Assembly (NCBI GenBank): GCA_022614965.1
Contig: JAKEHO010000082.1
Coordinates: forward strand, 12,069-76,068
Source of the DNA: Gammaproteobacteria bacterium
GTDB taxonomy: Bacteria > Pseudomonadota > Gammaproteobacteria > JAKEHO01
Reading direction: 5' to 3'
Length of the DNA stretch: 64,000 bases
The position numbers were made by a program, and so were the translations under genes. The stretch's first letter is position 1. Each line of letters starts with the position of its first letter. Shown piece by piece: positions 40,143 to 48,559 of this stretch. Below the pieces are notes generated by a model. That model was not told the origin of the DNA, searched no databases, and saw nothing but the letters and a program-made list of their open reading frames with translations.

Positions 40143-40865
40143 ATGGCGAAGCTTATTCTGAGCCTGAATGGTGTGGTTCAAGGGGAGTTCGCGCTCGAGA
40201 AGGAACGCACCACAGTTGGGCGACGTCCCGATAACGACATCCAAATTGATAATTTGGCAGTTAGCGGAAAACACGCGCTGATCATTACGATCCTAGACGA
40301 CTCCTTCCTTGAAGACCTTGGCAGCACGAATGGCACCTATGTCAATGGGAAACTGATAAAGAAGCAGGCGCTGCGAAACGGTGACATACTCACCATTGGC
40401 AAGCATGAGCTTAAATATATAAACGAACACGCAACGGCAGATGACGAGCAGTTCGAAAAGACTCTGATCATTCGGCCGAGCTCGGTGTCGAGCGCTATTG
40501 CCGCCGCTCAAGCCGCTAAACAGGCTGGTGTGGCTCCAGCACCATCGACACCACCAGAATCAAAATCACAGCACAACGCTTCCATCATGCCGTTGGGATC
40601 GCTTACAGTCCTAAATGGCCCCATCGCCGGTAAGGAACTCGAACTCACCAAGGCGCTGATCACATTGGGCAAGCCAGGTGTGCAGGTGGCCGTTATCTCA
40701 CGTCGCCCACAAGGTTACTTCCTGACGCATATCGAAAGTGACGGTGATGGCCAGCGTTATCCCCTGATCAACGGTCAGCCGATTGGCCCCCGGGCCTATG
40801 CGTTGCGCAATAGCGACGTAATCGAATTGGCTGGGATCAAAATGGAATTCTCGCTAAACAAGTAG
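40143..40865 (+). CDS. FHA domain protein (canonical N-terminal FHA plus degenerate C-terminal FHA-like domain)
   Basis: N-terminal TVGRRPDNDIQIDNLAVSGKHALI...GSTNGTYVNG..GDILTIG, an Ala/Pro linker, and a second beta-rich domain lacking the Arg/Ser/His/Asn pThr-binding residues. Confidence 0.85.
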   Translation: MAKLILSLNGVVQGEFALEKERTTVGRRPDNDIQIDNLAVSGKHALIITILDDSFLEDLGSTNGTYVNGKLIKKQALRNGDILTIGKHELKYINEHATADDEQFEKTLIIRPSSVSSAIAAAQAAKQAGVAPAPSTPPESKSQHNASIMPLGSLTVLNGPIAGKELELTKALITLGKPGVQVAVISRRPQGYFLTHIESDGDGQRYPLINGQPIGPRAYALRNSDVIELAGIKMEFSLNK

Positions 40866-40935
40866 CAACAATTACATCGCCTCCGCACCAAAGCCAGCGA
40901 CCTGATCTCCTTACCGTCTTACTACACGAGACGGG

Positions 40936-43185
40936 CTAACCTTTGGTCGTGTAGGTAAACACGCCATTCCAGGCTACCTCAGGCGGATGTCTCCGAAAAT
41001 GGGCAACGCGTTTGATGTATAAGCTGTACAGGCCACGCTCAGGCGCTATCTTTTGTAAATTGAGAAACTGCAACTCGGCCCTATCCCAGTCCTCGGCACG
41101 GTAGTATTTCAAAGCCTGCGCATACAGGGTCATTTCATCGAGTGTGGTCTTGTCGATGTCGTTAATGAGCCCAATGGGCTCAAAGATCGCCACCGGCTCA
41201 TCCTTACCCATCACCCGCACCCGGTCGAGCTCGCGGTAGAAGTACTCCGGCACCGCCCCCTTGGTCGACGCGCTCACAATCAGCGGGACACCGTATTCTT
41301 TCGTGAGCCCTTCCAAGCGCGACCCCAAATTGACAGCATCTCCGATCACCGTATAGGCCATTCGAAACGCCGATCCCATGTTGCCTACGCGCATTACGCC
41401 CGTATTAATCCCGACCCCCACCCTGAGTGGAGGCCAGCCACGGGATCGGAATTCGTTCTGTAAGGAGTATGTGCGCTCAAGCAGCTCCATTCCAGCCATT
41501 AATGCGTGTCGCGCGTGCTCTGGATCTTCCACCGGAGCACCCCAGAATGCCATGATGGCATCGCCCATGTACTTATCAATAGTGCCCCGGTGTTTGTGGA
41601 TGATCTGGGTCATCGGCGTCAGAAACTCATTCATGAGCTGGGATAGATCCTTCGGAGTAAGGCCTTCAGAGAGGTTCGTAAAGTCGCGTACATCGGAAAA
41701 TAAAACGGTCAGTTCCCGGCTCTCCGCTTCGACTGAATAGGATGCCGGATCCCTACTCATCTCGTTGACCAGTTCCGGTGGTACGTATTGGCCAAAGAGC
41801 CCCATGATTTGGCGTTCCCTTCGTGTCTCCACGAAGAAACCATACGTCATATTGAGTAGGTACATCACGAGGATCATGATGACGCCCGAGGCGATCGGCA
41901 GGACCAGATTGGCATAGTGCCAAATTGCAAAATTGAAGCCGATGGAAATCACGGTCACGAGCAGTGTGACCAGCGTGGCCCAAAGAGGCGTCAATAGCGG
42001 CAGTATCAACGCCATCACGAGCCCGATGATGAGCAGGAGTATGAACTCCGCACCCAAGGTGTAGGCAGGCTTTTCTTTAATCGTCTGATCCAGTATCCCG
42101 GAGATGAGATTGGCATGGATCTCAACCCCAGGAAAGGCTTTCTGCACCGGGGTCGCCCTTAGATCCAGCAAGCCTGGAGCAGTGGCACCAACCAGTACGA
42201 CCGCGTTTTTTAGGATCTCGGGGGCTACACGCCCGTTCAGCACATCGGCTGCGGAGGCATAGGGAAAGCTTCCCTGCCTACCGCGATAGGGTACCAATGT
42301 CCGTATACGCCCATCGACGGGTACCAAGTGGTGACCGAGCTTTAGCCACTCAAGTCCTGGGTAGCGCTTATCCCATGGAAGGGTGTAGGCATACTGGGGC
42401 TCAACTTGGGCCACTCCAAGTATCACCCGCGCGACTTCAAGTGACAGGGAAGCGTAATAGGCGCCATCGTATTCGACGAGCATTGGCACCCGTCGGACGG
42501 TACCGTCCTCATCCACCCACGGATTGAAATGCCCCCCGCCGATGGCATTCAGTTGGAACTCGGCCAGGTTTCCTCCATAGCCTCCCGCCCTGATGAAGTC
42601 AATCTTTCTTCCTTTGAAACCGCCCTGCACAAATGTGGGGGACGGCAACGCACCACTCTTGGACACCTCTCCAGTGTCGTTCGGTTCGTTGTAATAGAAA
42701 CCCAGTATGACGGGCCGTCCCTTGATGCCCCCTGCAAACAGCCTGTCGTAATCGAGCTTTGGCCGAATACTTTCCAGCCGTGCGCGGTACTCCGGCAAAT
42801 CGCTAAATCTGTCGTTCGCAAGACCCTCGAGTACGTCTAGCCCTGAACTCCTGTCTGGCTCCGCGAAGACCAAGTCAAATGCCACAAGGGCGACGTGATA
42901 GTGATTAAAGAGCTGATCCAGGAAGCGCGCCATGCGGTCCCTGCTCCAGGGCCAGCGCCCTTCCTCGGCCAGACTCTTCTCATTGATGTCGACAATGACG
43001 ATACGGGGATCCTGTGAGTTAGGCATCGTAAATACGAGGCGCGCATCATAGGCGATGTTTTCCATGCGATCGATTAAGCGCCAGTGCAGCAGGCCGGACA
43101 CATGGAGGAGAAACATGACCACCACGAGGAGACCGATGATCACACGCACCAAGTGGCGCTTGAGGAGTTGCAGGAAGGTCTTCAT
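40936..43185 (-). CDS. CHASE2 sensor domain-containing class III adenylate/guanylate cyclase
   Basis: N-terminal TM plus CHASE2 (VIVDINEKSLAEEGRWPWSRD), a TM cluster, and a cyclase domain (LFSDVRDFT, KYMGDAIMAFWGAP, VIGDAVNLGSRLE). Confidence 0.9.
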   Translation of the reverse strand: MKTFLQLLKRHLVRVIIGLLVVVMFLLHVSGLLHWRLIDRMENIAYDARLVFTMPNSQDPRIVIVDINEKSLAEEGRWPWSRDRMARFLDQLFNHYHVALVAFDLVFAEPDRSSGLDVLEGLANDRFSDLPEYRARLESIRPKLDYDRLFAGGIKGRPVILGFYYNEPNDTGEVSKSGALPSPTFVQGGFKGRKIDFIRAGGYGGNLAEFQLNAIGGGHFNPWVDEDGTVRRVPMLVEYDGAYYASLSLEVARVILGVAQVEPQYAYTLPWDKRYPGLEWLKLGHHLVPVDGRIRTLVPYRGRQGSFPYASAADVLNGRVAPEILKNAVVLVGATAPGLLDLRATPVQKAFPGVEIHANLISGILDQTIKEKPAYTLGAEFILLLIIGLVMALILPLLTPLWATLVTLLVTVISIGFNFAIWHYANLVLPIASGVIMILVMYLLNMTYGFFVETRRERQIMGLFGQYVPPELVNEMSRDPASYSVEAESRELTVLFSDVRDFTNLSEGLTPKDLSQLMNEFLTPMTQIIHKHRGTIDKYMGDAIMAFWGAPVEDPEHARHALMAGMELLERTYSLQNEFRSRGWPPLRVGVGINTGVMRVGNMGSAFRMAYTVIGDAVNLGSRLEGLTKEYGVPLIVSASTKGAVPEYFYRELDRVRVMGKDEPVAIFEPIGLINDIDKTTLDEMTLYAQALKYYRAEDWDRAELQFLNLQKIAPERGLYSLYIKRVAHFRRHPPEVAWNGVFTYTTKG

Positions 43186-43285
43186 TCTTTTTTATTAGTT
43201 TGAGAAGCGCGCGAATCCGCTAACCCACCGGTTGAGGCACAATGCATCGCCTGCACCCGCGTAGCTCACACCTGTCAAATACAGC

Positions 43286-43891
43286 TTATTGCGACGGGCT
43301 GACTGCACGTTGTGCAACGGTCAGAAATTCGTCGAATAACTGCAGCAACGCTTTATTGAACGCTCTCACTGTCGCCTCGAATGAGTCACCGTCGACCGCG
43401 ACTTGCGTAGAGTAACGGTTCAACAATATGGGTCGATCTCCGCCTGGACGATCTACGCGGAGCTCCAAGGCCACAGCCACTTGTATGCTATCAGGCCGTT
43501 TACGTTGCTCGAATTGTGTGATCTTACCTGATATGACTAATTCAGCCGCAGCATTATTCTCAGTGGCAACGACGGCCGCGGCGTTGGCATCTCTGAGGTA
43601 GGAAACGAGATGATCCCGCACGAGGCGGCCTGGACTGTCTTGCCAAAAATGGTAACGGTACTGCTGCAGTTCCACCGACTGCGCATCATTTGTAAAGAGC
43701 ATTGCCCGCTCGATGTACACCCCATTGGCATTAAATTGCTTCACGAGCACCATCTCTTCCGCGAGTGGTGTACTCATCACATGAACAGCTTGCGGCTCGG
43801 GCAAGCGATAGAAATGATCAGCGGGCACTGGCGATTGCCGCGCGCAAGCACTGAGGCCCGCAGTCAGAACGACGAGCATCCAGCTGCGCAC
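43286..43891 (-). CDS. ABC-transport auxiliary lipoprotein (DUF330/PqiC-like)
   Basis: Lipobox LTAGLSAC; about 200 aa; overlaps the MlaD-like stop by 1 nt (GTG start). Confidence 0.7.
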   Translation of the reverse strand: MRSWMLVVLTAGLSACARQSPVPADHFYRLPEPQAVHVMSTPLAEEMVLVKQFNANGVYIERAMLFTNDAQSVELQQYRYHFWQDSPGRLVRDHLVSYLRDANAAAVVATENNAAAELVISGKITQFEQRKRPDSIQVAVALELRVDRPGGDRPILLNRYSTQVAVDGDSFEATVRAFNKALLQLFDEFLTVAQRAVSPSQ

Positions 43892-44904
43892 TACTCCCTG
43901 CCCCCTTCTTCCGGGGCGCCTCCTTCAGCCGGTGGTGCCGCACCGCGGAGCAACAGTGCCGGATCCTCTCTGATCTCACGGGTGAACTCATGGACATTCC
44001 GGGCACTGCCTTCCAGGTGGTATGCCACAGCATCAATATGTTCAGACACAACTTGCAGTGATTTCTGTAGATCAGCCACGGACTGTCGAATGTCATCCTG
44101 GTTCTCAGTTACCAGTGCGTCCATATCCAACAACAACTTATCCATGAGCGCCCTTGTGCCGTTAATCTGCGCCATCAGGCCACTGAGTTCCCTCGATGCG
44201 CCCTCGATATTCTTCAGAACCTCTGCCACCTGTTCCCGGTTCTCCTCACTGAGCAGCTCCTTCAACCTATCGGCGCTGTTGTTGAGCTTAACCAGCAACG
44301 AGCGCGTATCCTCGATGAGTTCGGGATGGTCCGCCAGCGCATTCAGCTTATCGAAAAAAGGACGTACGCTGTCGTCAATGAGCGCGCTAAGTTCCTCGGC
44401 AAGCCCGTTAATGCGTCCATTCAAGTTCTCGAGTACCGGCTCGATCCCCTTCTGCGAGAGCTGATGAAAGTCGTCTGCGATCTCAGCAACTGCATCAAAT
44501 AGGCTAACGCCTTCTTGCCCTCGGATCGCATCACCTGGACTAAGCAATGTCTCGCTCTTGCCTTCGCGGATGTTGATGGAGACCGCAGATATCAGGCCTG
44601 ATGCCACGATCCTCGCGACGCTGTCCGTCGGGATGTGCCAATCTTTACGTACGCTGACTTCGACCCGATAGTTTGTCTTACCCCCGCTCCGCCCGGGGAT
44701 AATGTCCTCCACCTGCCCAATCTGAAAGCCTTCGTAGAAAACAGGCGTCCCTTGCTTGATGCCGGATACATTGCTGTAGTTGACAAAGTACGTGTCGGTG
44801 GGCCCCGCCCGTCCGGTGATCTGGTACAGCAAAACCAGCAAGGCCACTGCCATCGCCAGCACAAAGACCCCTACCACCAAATAGTTAATATGTTCGCGTT
44901 TCAT
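43891..44904 (-). CDS. MCE/MlaD-family substrate-binding protein
   Basis: N-terminal TM (INYLVVGVFVLAMAVALLVLL), an MCE domain (..VSGIKQGTPVFYEGFQIGQVEDI..) and a long helical C-terminus. Start set at ATG 44904. Confidence 0.8.
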   Translation of the reverse strand: MKREHINYLVVGVFVLAMAVALLVLLYQITGRAGPTDTYFVNYSNVSGIKQGTPVFYEGFQIGQVEDIIPGRSGGKTNYRVEVSVRKDWHIPTDSVARIVASGLISAVSINIREGKSETLLSPGDAIRGQEGVSLFDAVAEIADDFHQLSQKGIEPVLENLNGRINGLAEELSALIDDSVRPFFDKLNALADHPELIEDTRSLLVKLNNSADRLKELLSEENREQVAEVLKNIEGASRELSGLMAQINGTRALMDKLLLDMDALVTENQDDIRQSVADLQKSLQVVSEHIDAVAYHLEGSARNVHEFTREIREDPALLLRGAAPPAEGGAPEEGGRE

Positions 44905-44914
44905 CGCCCTGTGC

Positions 44915-45724
44915 CTAGTCCCGGGTGAGGCGTTGCAGGTAGTCGTCAGGGTCGATTTCTTTCGTGCCTGGCCGGCGATGGAGCATCGCCTGAATGCGCT
45001 CATTCTCCGAGTTGCGAACTTCATCAACAGTTCCCGTCATGAGTACGCATCCCTTTTCCAAAATCATGATCCTGTCCGCAATCTTACAAGCGCTGCTCAG
45101 CTCATGAGTCACCACAACGATGGTCATTTGCAGTGCATCCCTGAGGCGCAAGATTAGCTCATCCAGCTCCGCAGCCACGACCGGGTCGAGCCCGGCTGAC
45201 GGCTCATCGAAAAACAGCAGTTTCGGATCCATTATGATGGCGCGCGCTAGCGCCGCCCTCTTCAGCATGCCACCGGACAATTGCGACGGCATGAGATGCT
45301 CGAAGCCTCCGAGATTCACGAGCTCCAGTTTCATCCGCGTCATGATTTGCATCGTCTTCTCATCTAATTTGGTATGCTCGCGTAACGGGAGCCGGATATT
45401 CTCACCCACGGTCATGGAGCTAAACATTGCGCCGCCCTGAAATGCGACCCCGATGTTCTTGCGCAACTCGTGCAGTTCTGCGGCGCTTGCCCGGGCGATG
45501 TCCAATCCTAACAGCCGGACGCATCCGCTGGTTGGGCGATGCAACCCCAGTAGGTAACTTAACAAAGTGCTTTTCCCCGAGCCGCTGCGGCCCATGATGG
45601 CCATGATCTCGCCCGGACTTACAGTCATGTTCACTCCACGCAAGATCTGAACCGCGCCATAATGCGTTACTAAGTCTTGTACCTCCATGACGGGATCATC
45701 TACGCTTGTAAGGACGGAGGCCAT
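44915..45724 (-). CDS. ABC transporter ATP-binding protein (MlaF-like)
   Basis: Walker A GRSGSGKST, signature LSGGMLKRAALARA, Walker B LLFFDEP. Confidence 0.9.
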   Translation of the reverse strand: MASVLTSVDDPVMEVQDLVTHYGAVQILRGVNMTVSPGEIMAIMGRSGSGKSTLLSYLLGLHRPTSGCVRLLGLDIARASAAELHELRKNIGVAFQGGAMFSSMTVGENIRLPLREHTKLDEKTMQIMTRMKLELVNLGGFEHLMPSQLSGGMLKRAALARAIIMDPKLLFFDEPSAGLDPVVAAELDELILRLRDALQMTIVVVTHELSSACKIADRIMILEKGCVLMTGTVDEVRNSENERIQAMLHRRPGTKEIDPDDYLQRLTRD

Positions 45725-45727
45725 GTT

Positions 45728-46540
45728 TCAACGATTAAGAAAGTACGTAAATACCATGTCGGCGAGTACGATATAAGAGATGGATAACACAACGGCTCGA
45801 GTGGTTGCCCGCCCAACACCCTCCGCCCCACCAGTCACACTGAACCCATTGCTTACGCCAACCAGTGCAATGATGCCAGCAAACACAACACTCTTGATGA
45901 GCCCTTGCATGATGTCATCCGCCGCCAATACGTCCAGCGTTTGCTGCAGGTATGCCTCGACACCGAGCCCGAGCTCAACGGTGCTGTAGACCGCCCCACC
46001 AAATAAGGCGGCGAGATCCGAGAAAAAGGTTAACGTTGGCACCATAATTAACATGGCCAGCAACGCCGGCGACACCAGATAACGCACAGGATTAATCCCC
46101 ATTACACGCAGCGCATCGATCTCCTGTGAGACTTGCATGGTTCCGATCTGCGCCGCCAACGCAGAACCCGACCGGCCGGCTATAAGCACGCCAGTAATTA
46201 ATGGACCAAACTCACGGGTCACTGAGAGCGCGATCCCGATCACTACCTGAGACTCGGCACCAAATATTCTCAGCGTATGGATCCCTTGGATCGCCAACAT
46301 CACGCCGACAGCAAACGATAATACGAACACGATAGGTATCGCCCCGATTCCTATCGTCATCATTTGGGAGAAGATGCTGGGTAGCCGGACCGGCTGGTGT
46401 CTCACGGATCCAAAGACGACCCAATAAAGGCTCTCTACAAGCAGCGCGGCAACATAGCCGCATTCCTCAACGGCCTGGACTGCGGTACGGCCCAGTTGTT
46501 GTACAGACAACAGCGGATGCTTGAGCTCTGGGCTAGCCAT
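45728..46540 (-). CDS. ABC transporter permease (MlaE-like)
   Basis: Polytopic MlaE-type permease. Start set at ATG 46540 (MASPELKHP..), which overlaps the STAS gene stop by 8 nt. Confidence 0.85.
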   Translation of the reverse strand: MASPELKHPLLSVQQLGRTAVQAVEECGYVAALLVESLYWVVFGSVRHQPVRLPSIFSQMMTIGIGAIPIVFVLSFAVGVMLAIQGIHTLRIFGAESQVVIGIALSVTREFGPLITGVLIAGRSGSALAAQIGTMQVSQEIDALRVMGINPVRYLVSPALLAMLIMVPTLTFFSDLAALFGGAVYSTVELGLGVEAYLQQTLDVLAADDIMQGLIKSVVFAGIIALVGVSNGFSVTGGAEGVGRATTRAVVLSISYIVLADMVFTYFLNR

Positions 46541-46871
46541 CCTCCCGAAGTCGCTCCTCGACGGTGGCGTGGATGGGGAACACCTTATCGAGACGCGCGA
46601 GCTGGATGACACTCAAGGCGGCATCACTGACCCCGACGAGACCGAATTTCAATTCTTTCTTCCTGGCAGTCTGATAACCTTCTACCAGACTCGCCACACC
46701 GGAACTATCGATGTAGGTCACTTGAGAGAGTTCAACGAGCACATTACGACCACCCTTCAAGAACTCCAATATAACCTTACGTGCATCAACCGAACACGAC
46801 AGATCCACATCCCCCATCAACTCCACGACCGTGTAGCGCCCTTCTTTGCGTGTCTTGTATTTCATAGCCAT
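46533..46871 (-). CDS. STAS domain protein, RsbV/SpoIIAA-type anti-sigma-factor antagonist
   Basis: 112 aa with the phosphorylatable-serine motif YIDSSGVASL. SD GAAGGA lies upstream. Confidence 0.85.
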   Translation of the reverse strand: MAMKYKTRKEGRYTVVELMGDVDLSCSVDARKVILEFLKGGRNVLVELSQVTYIDSSGVASLVEGYQTARKKELKFGLVGVSDAALSVIQLARLDKVFPIHATVEERLREDG

Positions 46872-46882
46872 TGTTCCTTCTG

Positions 46883-47299
46883 TTACTCTATCTTCTTCAC
46901 CATCTCCAGGCAGTTGCCGCTGCCATCGGCGAGTTGCCCAAATGAACAGTCGTCCATGATCTCGCGCATGAAATAGGTTCCCAAACCACCTGGACGAACG
47001 TCGCTTAAATCCCGCGGCTTGATTCTGGCTGGATCAACTGGTTTGGCAAAGTCGGTCAAGCGAAAAATAATATCTTTGCCATTATTGAGTATTTCCAGGA
47101 CAATTTCACCCGACGGATCTCCTCTATATGCGTGTTGAATAATGTTTGTACACGCCTCGTTGACTGCGATCACAAGCTGAGATGTCACTGTGGAACAGCA
47201 TCCGACCCTCTCGGCAGCATTTCTAACCTCCGCGCGCACCGTAGCCAGCCTAGTTGGATCAGCAGGGAAACGGAGCTCCAGCAGGCGTTCTTCGCTCAT
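46883..47299 (-). CDS. RsbW/SpoIIAB-type anti-sigma regulatory serine kinase (HATPase_c)
   Basis: N-box NEACTNIIQHAY and G-box RPGGLGTYFMREIMD; 138 aa; 11 nt upstream of the STAS gene. Confidence 0.8.
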   Translation of the reverse strand: MSEERLLELRFPADPTRLATVRAEVRNAAERVGCCSTVTSQLVIAVNEACTNIIQHAYRGDPSGEIVLEILNNGKDIIFRLTDFAKPVDPARIKPRDLSDVRPGGLGTYFMREIMDDCSFGQLADGSGNCLEMVKKIE

Positions 47300-47373
47300 T
47301 GTGGCTCATCGTCGAACAAAGCCAAGGTGAATGGGGACGCAGTTAAGTGTTCTCCATTCCGATCGATGGCGCA

Positions 47374-47814
47374 TCAGGCGATCCTCTTCACACACTCTAA
47401 ATAAGCTGTCTCATCCGGCATGCTCTCCCCGCGCTCGGCCGCCCATAATACGTCCGCAAGGCACTCCATCATTCGGTGCTCAAGGTCTTGGGGACTCGAA
47501 AACCTAGGCAGAAGTGAATGATAGATCGCCACAATTCCTGGTGGCCGGTCTGTGGCCAACTGCTCGTGCACAGCAATATGCATACTCATGTGCAAAAACG
47601 GGTTTGGTTCGCCACGCTCGGGTGGAAAATCCTCTCGCAACGCATGCTCTTCGTCTTCCAGCAGGCTATGATACTCGGGATGCTCTCGAATGATCCCCGC
47701 AACCACTTGCTCCAATGGCTCCATCGGCCCACGTTCCTTCTGTTTCTTCCAGACCTCTAAGAAAAAACGCCGAGCGGACTCGCGATCCTGTACAAACACC
47801 CTGTTGCCCTTCAA
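47374..47814 (-). CDS. DUF1841 family protein
   Basis: ..PMEPLEQVVAGIIREHPEYHSLLED..NPFLHMSMHIAVHEQL..HRMMECL.. matches the DUF1841 pattern as I recall it. Confidence 0.7.
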   Translation of the reverse strand: MKGNRVFVQDRESARRFFLEVWKKQKERGPMEPLEQVVAGIIREHPEYHSLLEDEEHALREDFPPERGEPNPFLHMSMHIAVHEQLATDRPPGIVAIYHSLLPRFSSPQDLEHRMMECLADVLWAAERGESMPDETAYLECVKRIA

Positions 47815-47875
47815 ACCAGATTCTTAGAACAAATTCCCTGCAAACACAACCGAAACGCCGGCTTAACCTCTGCGG

Positions 47876-48514
47876 CTATCCAATCACTTTGTGCCGATAC
47901 TCGCACAAATCAACGATCACACAGTGATCACAATGAGGCTTGCGCGCGGTACAAGTATAACGTCCGTGGAGAATTAACCAGTGGTGCGCATCTTTCTTGA
48001 ATTCATCGGGCACTGTCTTGAGTAACTTCCTTTCTACCTCTAGTACATTCCGGGCGCCCGCTGCAAGGCCTGTCCGTCGAGCGACCCTAAAGACGTGCGT
48101 ATCAACAGCGATGGTAGGCTGACCAAACGCCGTGTTAAGAATCACGCTGGCTGTCTTTCTTCCCACACCCGGTAAACCCTCCAGGGCTTGACGGATGTCA
48201 GGTACTTCCCCGCCATAGTCATTAACGAGCATGGCACAGGTCCTGATGAGGTTTCGTGCCTTAGTTTTATAGAGGCCGATGCTCTTTATGTATCGCCGCA
48301 AACCGGCTTCTCCGAGGGCAAGCATCTTCTCGGGTGTGTTCGCCACCTTGAACAATTTGGCCGTCACCTTGTTAACACCGACATCCGTCGCCTGGGCTGA
48401 GAGGATCACCGCGACCAAAAGTTCAAAGGGGTTTCTGTAGCGCAACTCCGTAAGTGGATGCGGCTTTTGCGCTTTCAGCCGCTCAAATATTGCCTTGCGC
48501 TTTTCTCGATTCAA
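47876..48514 (-). CDS. nth: endonuclease III
   Basis: HhH-GPD (LPGVGRKTA) and a C-terminal 4Fe-4S loop CTARKPHCDHCVIVDLC. Confidence 0.93.
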   Translation of the reverse strand: MNREKRKAIFERLKAQKPHPLTELRYRNPFELLVAVILSAQATDVGVNKVTAKLFKVANTPEKMLALGEAGLRRYIKSIGLYKTKARNLIRTCAMLVNDYGGEVPDIRQALEGLPGVGRKTASVILNTAFGQPTIAVDTHVFRVARRTGLAAGARNVLEVERKLLKTVPDEFKKDAHHWLILHGRYTCTARKPHCDHCVIVDLCEYRHKVIG

Positions 48515-48559
48515 ACCGGCGACAGCAACATTGAGGCTCGGCGGGGCCTCTTACAGTCC

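Noticed and set aside
43610-44464. 284-aa plus-strand ORF antisense to the MlaD-like and DUF330 genes
   Set aside because: It is a Ser-rich low-complexity mirror of the coiled-coil-encoding strand and crosses a gene boundary. The same reasoning rejects 7464-8051, 38045-38692, 53088-53753, 55010-55531 and 56697-57266.
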